64,000 bases of DNA, from NCBI GenBank assembly GCA_030704615.1, contig CM060731.1, positions 48,484,001-48,548,000 on the forward strand, read 5' to 3'. Position 1 is the stretch's first letter; each line of letters opens with the position of its first letter. Shown here one piece after another: positions 49,001 to 63,583 of the stretch. The translations under genes and the position numbers were made by a program. The notes under the pieces were generated by a model, which searched no databases, was not told where the DNA came from, and was given only the letters and a program-made list of their open reading frames with translations. This stretch comes from Takakia lepidozioides. Lineage: Eukaryota > Plantae > Bryophyta.

Positions 49001-50839
49001 GAAGTTCAATCAAAAGATCAAACTTTGAACAGTGACATCATACTAGAGGAGGATGTGTCCAGCACTTTGACTGTAGTTCTCCTTCCATCTGAAACTAATC
49101 GATGGTTATGCTGGTTTGCAGTGGTGGCGAAGAAAAGTAAAGCAGCCTTCTTGTCAGAGTTGAGGGGTCCTGCCGGAGCTCAGGGATTGGAAGGCACTAC
49201 TGTGGGTACCCAAACCCTCCAGTTTGCAACGGTTGTATCTCATGGTAGCTCAGTTCTTGTTGTTCAATCTATTTGTATTGGATCAGATGTCATTGCATAG
49301 GAAAGTAGTCTGATTCTGGTCCTTGTGTGTGTGCAGCAACGGGATGCAGGGTCACATTGGTCAGTTTTGCAAGATGAATTCATGCTGGGAAGATCCAAGC
49401 TGAAGGATTGGGACAAGGTATGGGCTCTTTTTTGTCTGTAACTCTGGCCATATTGCAGGAGCTGCAATATGGAGAAGCATAGAAACTCAGGACAGCTCCT
49501 AACTTTCCTGCATGTGGATGCTACCAGCATCGTACTTGTCTTCCTGCAAGTAACGTAGTGGTGCAGCTTACCCCTGCATCCAGTTATGCAAACATGTGAG
49601 ATCCTCAATTTCAGGAAATATAGGTTTTCCATGGAACTTTTACATTCTACATGAGAGAACTTCACTCCCTGTAGCTTACAGATCTGTAGCCATCAATTTA
49701 TTCTGTTGGCCCAGAACTCACGGTGTCTAGTAACAGATATTTGGTCCCAGTCCCTTTGCCTTCTTGGCAGGTGTGACCTATGAATGTGGTTATTGTCAAA
49801 TGGTGAAGTGGGGAGCTTGTACAAGCCCACTTACTACTGGGAGTTGACTTTACCCTTTATCTCTCTCCTCCTTCTCTTCTCTGTTTTCTTTTCATTTTTT
49901 CTCTTCGTTCTTATCCCCTTGTATGTTTACTTTGTTGGTCTTCTTTGGATTGTTTCCTTGCTCTTTGTTTATGTGATAGCCAACAACATGAATGAGTTTT
50001 CTTGTTCCTTCTGGAAATGTGACAGAAACTCAGTACGCTGGTTGTGCCCTGTGCATAAATCTATACCCGCTGTCGGGACCTGACAGAGTCAGCGGGGAGT
50101 GATGGTGGCTTGTGACTTCCATACATGTTGTTTTTCTTGGTCCATGGAGTGGTGATGGACAGTCACCAAGTCTATACCGCTATATATGGGTTCAAGATGA
50201 ATCCATGTCATTGTTTTGATTGTATCATTGTCTATTTTGTCTTTGCGTATTTTTCTCTCTTTTTTCTTTTTTCTTGTCCTTGTTTTTCTTTTCCCTGCTG
50301 TTTGTTTCTTCTGAAAATCCTTCTAGCCGTAGATCAGATCTTGTCAGTGCTTCTTTTTTGGCTATTGCAAGCATGGAGATATCTCGATACTAAAAGGATA
50401 TTATTGTCAAATGGACATATATGCACTTCCACTTGGCCCTGTGGGCCTTTAGATGAGCTATGCTTTATGTGTATGCCCTGGGCTTCAGTAGTGAGCTTGA
50501 TAAACTGTGGTGTATGGCCTTGGAGGACATTATCATGCACTTTACTTGCAAAGGGTATATGAAATGGTGTGGAAAACATGAGTTCTATCGACAGTAATTG
50601 ATCTGTGATGTTGTCAGATGGTTGTAGTCTGAACGTTTGGTAAGTTTTTCTCTGGGAAGATTGTGGGGTTGGCCTGTGGACTGTAATAGTGGCAGGTGTA
50701 TGCAATGTAATTAGCTGCAAGTACAGAGATTATCCGAACTGTTAAGGAACATATGTTCTGGTGCTACAGCTCATACTGGCCTGGTTACAATGGGATTCTG
50801 GTCTTGCAGGAGCAAAAGGAGGAAGTGGAGCAAATATGA
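46002..50839 (+). CDS. RRP15: RRP15-like ribosome biogenesis protein; exons 46002-46349, 46945-47046, 47399-47480, 47827-47846, 48321-48372, 49122-49201, 49337-49417, 50810-50839 (last exon less certain)
   Basis: Phase-consistent GT-AG exons give GPVLSARKPLVAKKL, KERDLIKLATRGVVKLFNAVSKAQ, SKAAFLSEL and WSVLQDEFMLGRSKLKDWDK. Confidence 0.85.
46077..46265 (+). repeat. Three 63-bp in-frame tandem repeats encoding acidic 21-aa units
   Basis: EASVSTTDEADTDSDAVSVEK-type unit repeated three times. Confidence 0.9.
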
Positions 50840-52406
50840 ATGTTTGGCAATCCAGTACTTGGCAACAATCCTCTTGTCAATAAGGATGATGATGAAAGCT
50901 GATTATGATGACAATGGCTCCGAAGGCAACGGTTTCAAACGCAGCATTCTATATGTATTGATAATCTCATGGACGCTCTTGTGGGTATAGCAGTGGCTTC
51001 CTTCATGAGGGAAATTCTGCTGAAAGTTGCACTGGATATTATGTTCTTGCTGTTTGTCTTGCTCCTCTCGCACTACATGGGAATATCCCCGTTTTTGCAC
51101 GGGCATCCCTACTTATAGCTGATCTGGCGCTCTATCCTATGCTGAAGTGGCGTGTGGAAGTTCCTCGCCTTCCTGTCCAAGATTGCGAATCCCCACAAGG
51201 TTTCTCCTGGGTCTTAACTCTCCACATTCAAAGTTGCTCAGCGGCAAAACCTCATATTTTGAACTCATCTTCCAAAACACATCCGAAGCTAACATGGAAT
51301 GGTGTAGTTATGGCTCCTCAAGTTGGTGGTTGCCCTCCAAATAGGATCATAATAAATTCTTTGTCCGTACTGAGGCATCGCACAGGTTGCATTGCAGACT
51401 GACATGTAAGTTGTAGTAGGTGAAATGGCCATTGTGTAGGTTGGGTTTCTTCCATTAAAGCAACCTAGTTCACCTAACTGGGTGGACTTTGTGGTCACTT
51501 TTCCGGACAAGACATTGTTCAATTGTTGTGGTGTTTATTAAACCCAGTGTAGGGCTGCATCAAGGTGTGTGGCAATGTGTTATGATCCGTTGAATTGGGG
51601 GTTACTTTGTACTCTGCATATATGGGATATGTTCGAGGATATTTCGTGAATACTAACAGTGTAGCCACTTTGGAACTTTTCATCCTTTGTAGAGTCATTG
51701 TTACTATCCGCTGTGTTTCTTTCCTTATTTTGAGAAGCTTGCAAATCATCTGTGGCACACCCAGCCTGACTTCAGCACCCTACAAGCCGTAAGCAATGGC
51801 AGCTCCAGAAGCAATGGCCTGTATTTCAGAGGCAACGACTTCCTTGAGGTCAATTCAAAACCCTGGGTAAATTGGCCTCCAAACAGTCATGAAAGAAACA
51901 CAGGAAAAATAGCATTTGCATGATATATTTTACCAATGTGGCTCCTCCACAGCAATCACCAGCGCTTGAAACCCCCGAGACATCCACATCTTGTGTGTCA
52001 GATACATTTCAACTTTCAAAACGACGCACCGATACCTCACGGAAATGGCCATGTAACAAGCATTTGCTGCCAGGGTCCTGTAGTCATTGTGCCCTCCTCT
52101 TTCATTCCCTGCTGGCATTCCAGCTCCCTCTCTCAAATATGCAAACTCTTCATGTGCAGGACTGTGTCAAGATGCATGAACAGCTAGCAGTTCAGCCAAA
52201 GGTCATGGCCCATTCACTTTGCTAATCCAGCCTATTTGCGGAGTCAATCTGCCACGGTATCCCTAATGAGTACCTTGGAAATGTCATTTTCATACCGAGC
52301 TGTGTCATGCCCACCAACAAGGAGTGTGATTAATTTGATCACCACTCCACTCTGCTTGCTCCAGCCCCACTCTAGGAAGTGGGAATCTTACACAATGTAT
52401 ACCAGT

Positions 52407-52469
52407 ACATCGGTAACCAGACTACAAATTAAAGCACATCGGTAACCAGACTACAAATTAAAGCACATC
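52407..52469. repeat. Exact 29-bp tandem duplication
   Basis: acatcggtaaccagactacaaattaaagc occurs twice in tandem. Confidence 0.9.
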
Positions 52470-55098
52470 CACCATCACCAGAGCAATGTTTATGTGTGGT
52501 AAGAAACAACTGGGTTGTTGCACCAATTGTTGCAGGCACAAACTCTCAACACAGATTGTGCTCAAGTGTTGCCACCATGTGGACCATGTCAAGGTTCACA
52601 TCTATTGGTTACAAGAAAAGAAAATATCAAGCAGATAGACCCCCCTTGCACGCCAGACCTAATGCCTCCTATCTGAAACCTAATTTCCATTCATGGCCAT
52701 TCACATGGCAATCAAGACATAATGTCCAATTCCTCCCTACTTAGAAGGGGCTAAGTAGAATTACATTATAGCAGTTAAGACACCTTTGGAATCCTATGAA
52801 CCAAAAGAATGATAGAGTGAAGGAAACCAAAAAATCAGTGTGCTAAAGAGACCCATGATGTGCAAATCATCCAGCAGGTGTTGAAGTGACCGGCCACAGT
52901 GTTTTGCTGTGTACTGTTATAAGAACATCACTAAGCCCTGACTTACCCCACATTAATCTAGTATGCTGCAGGCTGCCAGATTAGTGTCCATCTCCTAATA
53001 TGCCGATGCGCATTGTAGCAATGGCCCACCTAGAGGCTCCTGCATGGCTGCATACTATGCAGCCTCTAGAGTGCACCAGGACACCCAACTGTTATTTATC
53101 AAGACAACATGAAAGGAAAACACTTTCTCACAGTACAATTTAAAAAAATATTGCTTATTGTGGTTACCTCTTGACAGTGCCATCACATGACAGAGAGAGA
53201 AGACTCCGGCCAAAGCCAGCCTAAATAAGAGCCAGTTCCCCTTGCAGATACTGCCATCAAATAACTTTGACATATGCACACAGAGGCTATTGTTCCTGTT
53301 ACCACTCAAGTCCACCTAAAAACACCAGTATTAGGGTATGGGTGTCTGTATATGTATAGCTGTATAAACAACTAAGTGCATCTATTGAAGCTTCAGAGCT
53401 CTTGCACAGAACACCAAAAACCCAATCTAATCCACGAGTGCTGCAGACAAATGAAAGTACTCAGTAATTGGACCAAAAGTTGAGTTTTACTACAGGTTTT
53501 TTTTGCACCCTTGTATCCAGCTCGACCCACTTGGGATGGGTCAAGAATCTTCCCTCGTATTTCCAAGAAACCAGTGGTATAGCACCGTCATCACCCTAGG
53601 CAGTCCTGTGTTCAGATCGCTGAATGCCTGCCAAGGATTCCCTACAGTGACAATTTCGGAAGCCAAGCTCCAGTTTCAGTGATAGCCAGAAATTGCAGAT
53701 GACGACAAGGAAACATTCATGTAGACTCTAGCATCTAAACAACCATGGGCCAAGTGTAACAGGTCATCAGCTCTTTCGAAGAAGTAATTGCCAAGAATGC
53801 ATGCAACCTCCGTGATGATCGTTTCATCAGTGCCCTTGGCTCTTCTCTGCAACAAGGTCATGATTAGCTTGACCCCGAGTTAGATCTAACTAGCTACTAT
53901 TATCCGACTTCGCTACTGCAAAGGTCTGACTCATAAATCATAGGTTGGAGAGCACATATGCCTGGTGTTTGCCAATCATAATGTGAGCACCAGCGGCTAT
54001 TCCCTACATCATCTCTCTTGCTCAATTTCTACCTGAGAGGGTACTTACGGCCCTGTCCTTCAAATTCTATTATTTTCTCCCCCTAAGCTAATCTGCCTGT
54101 CCCAACTCTTTCCAGAATTTCCCGTTTTCCTATCTTGCCTGTGGATCCACAGCACAAGACAACGTGACACATTTTTGAAGTCAACTAGCTCCGCCCATTG
54201 CAGTCTTTGGGTAATACATCGCATCTAAGTGCTCATCTGTTTTGAAGACAGCATCCAAGTGCAGAGGTGGAAGGGATGGTACACCCGTACGTAGAGGTTA
54301 TGTTTCACAGGCAGTGAATGCATGCGCATGCAGCTGAAACGTTTGCTGTGGCACTGGAGCATCCGTCCGAGAGCACAAAGGGGCGTGCTTGAACCTGTTA
54401 GGCAGCTGCAAAAATCAGGAATATGAGGAGCTAGTGGAAAACCTCAAACTCAAGTCCCAGGACTTAGGCTTACAGTAGTACATTGACTTCTGCCTGAGTG
54501 TAGGTTTGTGCACTTTGTCACGAAGCGAAGACTGATAATAAGTTAGTGTGAATCCTTTTCTTTCAGTTATGAACTGGTCCTTTTCATTTCTCCACCTTTT
54601 GGCCATCCCAACTGGAAGATAATTTAGTTACAGAAGGATTGGTTTTTCTATAACATCCATCCTTGATTGTGTTAATGCTAATTCCCTGATGCCATGTGAA
54701 TGCATGACTTCAGCAGATTGTGGTTCAAGCTCTCTTTGTGGTAACTTAACAGGTTCGGAAACACTTCTGGGTTTCATGGAACAGTCCTCCTTTTGTTGGC
54801 TCTCTTGTAGAGAGACTTTGCAACATGTTCAAGTCAATGGAGAAAATATGGTCAAAGACCTTACACCATCAAGGCTCCGATTGGTGTGTTGTGCTGAGTC
54901 ATGCCCCTTACTCTCACCTCCTCTTATGTTTTGCCAAAGCAAAGAGAGGCCATCGCCATTTTAGGCTTGCTGACTCTGATATTTTGTAAGTATTTGTTTG
55001 ATTTGTACGACCTACCTACCCTTTTTCCATTGTATGTTTTTGTGTAAACGAAGTTTGCACAGACTTCGAAAAACCCCATTGGAAGGAAGTCACTGCGA

Positions 55099-55502
55099 TA
55101 CCACACTAGCGGCAAGAGGGGCAGCGGCACTCAATTTCGGACCCTCCTATTGGCTTAAGGGAGGGCCGCTATGCCCACCACACTAGCGGCGGCTGCTGCC
55201 GGCGGAGAGGCGTTGACATGGTTCCGACTTGGCGCCTGCATGTCACATTAGTGTGAAATACAGATTTCTAGGCAGTATCCCCTGGAAATCCACAATTTTA
55301 AGAAAGACATTTTGTCGTGACACGATTTTCCCGCCATCTCTCCGACCCCGTCATGTGATGGTCTCTCCGACCGATTTTTTTGCGGCTGGGCTTATGCTAT
55401 AGCGAAATATTGACGCTTGGGGACGTGGACCTATATCATCCAACAATCCCTAGCCACGTCCACGTCAGTGCCGTTGGGTGTGCCGCTAGTGTGGTACGGG
55501 CC
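55099..55502. mobile_element. PIF/Harbinger-like MITE remnant
   Basis: 16-bp inverted repeat TACCACACTAGCGGCA / TGCCGCTAGTGTGGTA. The right end is ...CGGGCC followed by TAA; the left terminus is eroded. Confidence 0.5.
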
Positions 55503-58340
55503 TAAGATTCCATCGCCCTTGTGGGTTCTGCCAACTTATGATCGTCTAACTATGCATCACAAAACTATGAAAGAGAAAGAAGAAAACCAAAAAGGAATAC
55601 TTAAGTTAGGTATGATACATTTCGTGGTGAACCAGATGATGATTCTCTCACTCTGTATCAATGGCTTGAAAGCACGGAACCCAACAAAGCTACCGTACCC
55701 TGCTTTGTTGTGGGCCCCATTTTGTTCAACTGGGTCCTTTGGGTCCTTTGTCCTTTCTTGCTCTGGTACATATCTCTCTCACTTACATTTTTCACCCAAG
55801 CTCTCTTCTTACCAAAACTTAAGGCTTCGGTGTCTAATAGCTAATAAGGCAGCACTCGTTGTGTTGGGCTTGTTTATCTTTGGCTTCTGACTTTGGCTGA
55901 CATGAGTGGGATGCTGCTGTCTCATTGTGTGCATAACAATTGCAGTCCGGATCGCTTTACTATTTGTGGCGAGTCATGTTTTAGCATTTTGTGTTACTGT
56001 AGACAATCATTTTGTATGAGAAGTTCCTGGAGCCTGGATTAGTCAACAAGCCTTGCTTGACAACTTTGTTGGGCACTTCATTGAGGTAGGTAAGTAGGAA
56101 GCAAGAGCTATGGTGGGTTGGACTTGGTCTTGTTGGTGAGAAAAGCGGCCACTGATGAGTCTACTTGTAGATGTTGGAGTGTATGTATATAGTATATAGG
56201 TACCAAAAGGGATACATGTGTAGTTGTGGGTTAGTCACTATCATGGTTTGGGAATTGGATGCTTTTCTTTCTTTAATAAAATTATTAGAGGCGGTTGGAT
56301 GTGACGGATGTTTAGATCAAATCAAGTGGGCCAAATAATTTTTTTCCAGGGGCCTCTGTCCCCTGTTTTCTTTAAAAAACCAAAAAAAGTTGGGGTGTCC
56401 CTGATGTGAAAGCTGGAGGGCATTAAAAGTTGGGAGCTGGCCACCCAGGGTGGGCAGGATTGACAGGGATACAACAGTGCAGGCGGTAGGTAGCCTTTCA
56501 GACCGCAATAAGGACCCACACTTTGCAACACCCTTCTGTGCCTTCAGTGACTGATCTTTCAGACCACCCTGGGGTGGCAAGTTTAAACACAAGTCAAGTA
56601 AAACAGCATGCACAGCTTTGTGGGTCTCTAATGATTTTCATCCATCAAGGTAGCATTGTTTTTTCCATGGCATGAGTTCTTAAAATTTGATAAAAACCAA
56701 ATCACATAAGAGGAAATCAATTAGCAAAAGAGAATCCCTGAAGAGCTTTATTGGCTCCTCTTCAGAATAAAGAGGAGACTACCGGTACCGAGCCCTTACC
56801 ACACTCCTGGTACCTTAAGCCCGTGTCACCTCCTCCCCTTTGCAAACTACTCACTGATTTGCCATCTCCGGTAATACCTCCCTCAGGTAACATCTCTCTT
56901 ATGGAACTGCACCGAAAATGCATTGCTAGACACACTAGAAGAACATAGTACCATCTTGTTGGAGTCTTTTTTTAGATGTAGAATTCTACCATGTCGCATC
57001 TATTTGGGCCCTTATGATTGCGGTCGTGACCGATCAATCAGGCTTTGGTCTAAATCCAAGGTTTTGGTTCAATGCCGCACTGTATTCATCCCCCAACAAT
57101 TCTCTGATTGAAGACAGAAGGAATGAACATTTATGTTCATTTGGTGGCTCCACTCCAAGCTCATTGGGATGCTTCATGTTGAAATTGGCTTCAATGCGAT
57201 CATGAACTTACTACATTCTTGGTTGGAGGAGATTAAGGTACAAAACTCATATGACTCCGAGAGCCTTTCATAAATTTTCTTTGCTACTTTCTTCTAAAGC
57301 TCCAACTCTGTTTCTTGTTCCTTGTTGTTTCCCTCTTCAGACTTGTTTTGTGGAGAAGAAAGGGTGAGAGACGCGTTCCCAAGTATTGGTGATGTACATA
57401 CGATGTGGATTGTTCTCAAGTACGATAGCAGGTGCCCACGTTCCCGGTGAATACAGGGAGGGTTAAAAGTAAGTGTGGGCGTTGCTGCCTGGCTTGCTTC
57501 GCTGCTTTCTCGCGTGCTTTATGTCTGATGCCCGACTCTGGCGTCCTGCGGGGAGGCATGGCGGAGGACTGTGTTGGGTTGTGGGGAAGGGTAGGCAATG
57601 CATGGTGGAGGCAGGAGTGATCTGGTCGGATTCGGTTTGTGGGTTTCTGCAGGATTCCGTAGTGGGGGTGAGTCTGGCTTGCACTCGTTGGCGTGGGGAG
57701 TCGGGAATTGCGATGGTATGGTTGGGGTCTCTGCGGTAGCGATGTGAAGGGATGAAATGAGGTGGTGCATATGGTGAAGGTGCGTCCGGAAGGAGGAGGA
57801 GGGATTGATGCATGCAGACCAGTTTGAGGCGGTAATGAAGGTTTTTGTCAGTATTCAGGTGCCCAGGTGGCTCAAGAGCGCTCATCTCATGTACAGCATT
57901 TGTTGAAGGGTTGATGAAGCCAGGCTTGGAGAAATCGCGTGATCAATAGCAATGGCGGGCCCAATGTACTTTGCATATTGTGTTCATTGCATATTCGTGT
58001 TTCCTCCATGGTGATCCTATCCGGAGATGAGCTTGTAATCTCGCCATAGCATCAAGCCGTATGGAGCCAGAGATGGATTCAGTAGGGGCCTAGTAGCAGT
58101 GCTGGGAGTATGTGTTTTGTCATCGTCATTGACGAAGAATGAGCCAGATCGTCAGGCTTCGAATTCAGCGGTGAAATGGAGGTCACTCTGACAAATGGTG
58201 GCCAATACGTAGCAATGTGCACGCATCAGATTTCTTCTTGCTGGTTTCTTGATAGTACCAGAAGGACTGTACACCCGACTGGCTGTGCGATGTTGCGACT
58301 GTCACCTATTACACCATAGGGAGGAGAGCTGTACGCCGTG

Positions 58341-61300
58341 ATGTCGGTTGACTGGGATGGAGGGTCATGGACATGTGGAGGGGCAGTAGCAGCCAAGAGT
58401 TTTGTGAGGTCTGCCACCCCTGTGCAAGATGATCGTGTATCTCAGGCTTCACAGACCCGCAAACCTCCAGAGTTTCCTAAGGCTCTGGTGGCATTGCCAC
58501 CAAACCGCAGGCCCAAGGTCAGTGCCGCTCTACATTCAGTATAGGATGTTTTGCATTTTGATTGAAAAGCCGACATTCTTTTGAAGCAGTGGGGCTTTGA
58601 ATCATTGTGGTCGTTACCTAGGGCTTAGTCCTGTGTTAGTTTGAGCTATTTCACCAATTCGCCTTGTCACACATGTTGCCATTCAAGTGACATTCTTTGC
58701 CCTCTCTGACTTTCTGACTGGAAGCTGGTTCCGCACCAAAATATTTGTGGCGAGTCCACTAAAGAGTTAGCTTTGATAGGCTGAATGCTGGTCTAAGGAG
58801 GTAGAAAGCTAGGTGCATTAGATCTGCAGGACGTGAAACTCAGCCTTAAGTTCAGGCTTGTCTGACACTCACGGTGGTTTGTGATTCAACATATATCTGT
58901 TCTCCATGTGAGCAGAGGTTGAAATAATCTGCATTTAGTTTGTAAGAATGAGTATAATCACAGTTTGTCCCCTGAACTGGTACGGGTTGTGACATTGTGC
59001 AGAAAGCAAAAAGGTTGAAGCCAGACAAATGGGGGGCATCTTTTGATAGTGAGGGCAAGCCTGTTGGATTTCAGAAGCTTCTGAAGACCATCAAAACAGG
59101 GGTCAGCTACGTTTGTCTCTCTGTAATTAGCTTGCTTGCTGTTGAATTCTATATGCCCTTGCTCTTGGGTTACCCCCTTGGAGGTTTGTCATTAAATTGC
59201 AGAGCACTCTGTTCCAATCTGTTGTCTGGGCGGTAGCGAGGTTGCAAGATAATGTAATTTGGGATGCTTTATTAACCTAAACATGCACTCACTAGTAGAG
59301 AACACTTATCTTACTTGAAGACAATTGCTGGTTATGTACAAACCAATACATTAACAGATACTCTTATTCTTCACTCATCCTTCACTCATCCAAAGCTTCC
59401 AACAGTCACTACTCCATGAATATTCAGCGATTGTGTAGGTTCTTGATGAAACAAACACATGAAGGAACTGAGCCTTAGTAGTGTTTGGCTCAAGGTAGTA
59501 CTGGATTGATGACCCCGAGCAGTAGCCCTCCTCTGTGCAGGGGTCAGTAACTTTGGCAAACATGGCTACTCTATAGTTTATGGATGGGACAAGAATGGGT
59601 TTAGCTACAATGTATGTCTTAAAACTACCAGTCATCAGAGTTGTTGATTTTCTTGTGTTATGTTTTGCTTTTTTTGGCTCCTGTCGGTGTCCTTCATGGA
59701 CAGGAATTGTATGCCTAGGGAGCAGTAGGCTCCTTAGTGCAGATTGTCTGCTGCAGCAGGCAGCTGAAGCTCTTTCTGTTCTGGTGCAGACAGTTGTGTT
59801 TTGTGCAGGTGTTAATCGGTGCTTTCACAGAATTATGGAGGCAGCTATTACTGCTGATTGGGTTGACATTGTGTGTGCATTTATTAGGGTGTGGACCATT
59901 CTATAAGGGCTGAAGTTTGGGAGTTTTTGCTTGGCTGTTATGCACTTGGAACCACGTCACAGTACCGTGAGCAGATTCGAAACGCACGCAGGTTCTCTTT
60001 TGTTTCTCATCCTATTTGTTGGGTCAAGTCCGTTTGCTTGTGATCTGATCTCTCCCATTGATTGCTTCAGTAAAGTGTGACTGAAATTTGTCCCAACTTT
60101 CTGTGGGTTCTACCTGTAGGCAAAGATGATGCTTTCGACTGGCATGTCACCATGTGCTGCTTTATATTGCTGAATATACTATGGGAGGCCTATAATTTGT
60201 CAGGGATCCTCCAGTAGACAGTTGTAATCCTGGGCAAGAGGTCTCACGTACAGTCATGGTTGCTTACTATAAGCCTGACATCCGTCTAGCAATTGGTATC
60301 GTGAGTGACATGTCTGCAAATACTGTGCATTCTGCTGCCAATCACTTCTGGGCCATGTAATCAAGAAGGGCAATGAGCATTGGCTCATTGGGAACCCTTT
60401 GAATTACCTGGCTTGAAAGTGGATAAGGTTGCAGAAACAAGTTTTATGATAGAGTTTGTCTATTGTTGGGTTTTTCTTCATTGTTGTCAGAAATGGTGAT
60501 TGCTGGTTAATGTGATCTATCAGTTGAAATGGTCTGAGTTCACCATACATGTGATCAGCTTAGGACAAGGATGAATAAGTGTTTGATGCTGAGGTTCTGC
60601 CTGGGGATGTTTACTGCGATACTGGGCAAGAGTGGGACTTCCCTGGTCATGGACCAAGCAAACAAGCGCAGCTGCTTTTTTAGGCAAGTGTCGGCATACT
60701 CAAGCCGTTCTGGGACTGTCATTCGCTGTCTAAAGTTGCAACTCCTTCAAATGCTGGGAGTCACGGTCTTGAAGTATTTATTTTTGCAGGGAGCGGTACA
60801 AAGACCTCATTGAACAATGCCGGATGATGCATGCAAGTGTTGGCACGGGCTCCCTAGCGTATACAGTGGGTTCTAAAGTGATGGATGTTCGCATGCTGTC
60901 AAAGGACAGTGCAAGGAGAGAAGCAAAACTTGGGGTGCGTCGTGTCAGCCAGGATGCCAAAGCACGAATTGAAGGCCTGATTGATGGGCAAGCTGCAAGG
61001 GCAACCCAGCAGCAATCTGAAGACCAGCGAGAGAGCTTTGATGCGGCAACCAACTGCGAGAGCCCTGCAGAAGGCCTGCACCCCATGACTTGCAGTAGAG
61101 TATACAGAATGTCCAGTCCGGAAGCAGATAATAGAGAGGGCCTCAATCTGGGAATAAGTGACACAGTGGCAGTCGAAGCTGAGTGTTTGCACTTGCCAGT
61201 CTCAAGTGCAACAATTCATCATAACTCTCCACCACATAGACAACAGCTGGGATGCGAGGATCCTCCCAGTGTCACTGGGTATGGGCATTTACCAGGGCAA

Positions 61301-63583
61301 GTGGTATCGTCTGAGGCCCATGAGTTCGAAGTTATGGCTGGAGAAGAGAGTGGCTCGGGCCTGGGGCAAGCCGAGGTTAACCCAAATATTAAGTCCTCTG
61401 AGTCCACGGAATCAAGAATTTTGAATGGGCCAGCAGGACAGGTGGCCCAAGATTCTTTGGAAGTTGCACAAGGAGGCCTAAGTTCCCAATGTGTCCCTTC
61501 AAAAGTTGGTGACTTGGGCACACATACAAGTAACCCAGTTAATACGAATGCTTCCAAAAGCAACAGAGCTGCCGATTTTCAAAATGATACTGGAGCTCCC
61601 ACGGTAGATGCTGGTGTAGGAGAGAGGGATGGTGAGGGGCAATTAGACGATGGTCCAGTCCTATGCAAGGAAGTTGAGAAGAAAAAGGGCGGTTTTGTGG
61701 AGATGGCAGCCCTTGACCCTGTGTTAGCCCTGAGTGCAGATGTGAATGAAGAAAGGGTGGCTGATTGGCTTTGGACCCTTCATAGAATAGGTGAGCACTG
61801 GTAAACCTTCAACATGTGCTCACCAACTCACTAGCTTGGGCCCTCTCTCCTGCAAAGGTGTTGCTGGTAATTGTTCAAGAGTCCAGCAAGTATTTGGGAC
61901 TGGGTGCAGGTTGGAAATTTTTCTTCTGTTGTAAACTTGCTACTTCCATGGAGAATAGGTAGGATGTTGTCAGCATGAATGGTGTATGTCTTCTCCACAA
62001 CTTCTGTGCTGGGAGACTGGAGAATGCATTTGGGTTGGCAATGATTAGGTTCTCAAGTAGACAGTCCCACACTGACAGTTTTGATCAGGTTTGAGGGCTC
62101 CGATTCTATGCTCCAGGTTCTTATTATTTGCGTGGACTGGCAGTGGTGGATGTGGTGCGTACAGATAGGCATCTTGAGTTTTACGGAGATGCGAAGAATA
62201 TGGCACGGATGTCAGACATTCTGGCTGTATATGCTTGGATTGATCCCTCCACTGGTTATTGCCAAGGTGAACTTCATGCTTGTCCCCCTATTGTCATGGA
62301 ATGACAGAACGGTTGATTGGTAAGCTGGTATTGCTGGCCTTAATGCATGGCTTCAAATGACAGTATTTCAAGGACATTTTCCATAGGCAGTCAGATGGGT
62401 TTTCTCCCAAACAGCTATTCCTGCAGTAGCCTGCCGTGGGCGATGCAATGTATCATTGTGTGAGTCTCTCCCAGGTATGAAGTGACAGCAGGATTTGATG
62501 AACTGACTCTGCAAAATGGCTGCCCTATATTCTGTGTTTGTTTCTGTCAAGTATCCTTATTTTTAGGAAGAGAGAGTTTTCTGCTGTTAATGTAAAGAAG
62601 ATGAGGTTTTTTCTTATAAAGTGACCGCATGGAAGCTATAAACTTGTGTGAATCTGCTCAAGTGGGCATAGGAGTTCCATTCCAGCTTCTATATAGGAAG
62701 GATAGGAAAGAACGGAGATCTCTTGTTGCAGCAATTGGTGTGCCCTCCACCATATCTTTATGCAGGAAGAATTGACAGCTACTATATTCGCCCACAGTAA
62801 GCTTGGGCATGCACTAAGTTATCTGAGTCTATGACATAAGTTTATACAATTGCAGATGAAGTTGTAGCTAAAACAGATTGTTGCTTTGACAGGCATGAGC
62901 GATCTGCTGTCCCCATTCATTGTGCTGTTTGATGATGACGCAGACGCATTCTGGTGCTTTGAAAGCCTCCTTAGAAGAGTGGTAAGCCGTAGACCTACCC
63001 TCCCCATGTAGCAAGTTCTTGAATATGCCGATGTGTGAGAGTATTGAATATTTTTGAATGTAAGAGGACAATCGGCTTGTAAGGTCCACATGGTCGGAGA
63101 GCCCCCAATGAGACATTGATAATGGATCAGATGCATCTACTGCAGTGGGCTTTAGGTCGAGTGTGCACCTTGTGAACCAGGTCCTTCTATTGAAACCAGT
63201 TATCAACTGTAAATGCTTCTGTGCCTTTCCCAAATTTCCCAGCAGCTGTACAGTCACTGCTTACTGTGGCCAAGGTCTCTGAATTGCCTGTGCTTTAGAT
63301 AGAGGAGAGATGCTTCCCTGAACCAACAAAGCAACATTCACAGTCATGTGATTCTTTACTGACATGACAATCGGGTATGCAGCGGCAAAACTTCCAAATG
63401 GAAGGGCCGGTGGGAGTGATGAAGCAGCTAGAGTCGCTGTCCAAGATCATGGAGTTGACAGATGCACAGTTGTTCAAGCATCTATTGATGGCTGGTGCTG
63501 ACAACTTCCTTTTTGCATTTCGCATGCTACTGGTCCTTTTTCGTCGAGAGCTCTCTTTTGGTGAAGCCCTTTACATGTGGGAG
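58341..63583 (+). CDS. TBC-domain Rab GTPase-activating protein (GYP7/TBC1D15-like), 5' part; exons 58341-58517, 59003-59101, 59888-59991, 60790-61790, 62144-62266, 62893-62981, 63383-63583; continues past the window
   Basis: LKPDKW, GVDHSIRAEVWEFLLG, MMHASVGTGSLAY, WLWTLHRIVVDVVRTDR (R finger), YCQGMSDLLSP (Q finger), FAFRMLLVLFRREL. Confidence 0.93.

Noticed and set aside
51000-54900. Possible degenerate transposase or LINE coding remnants
   Set aside because: No convincing motif could be read by eye on either strand.
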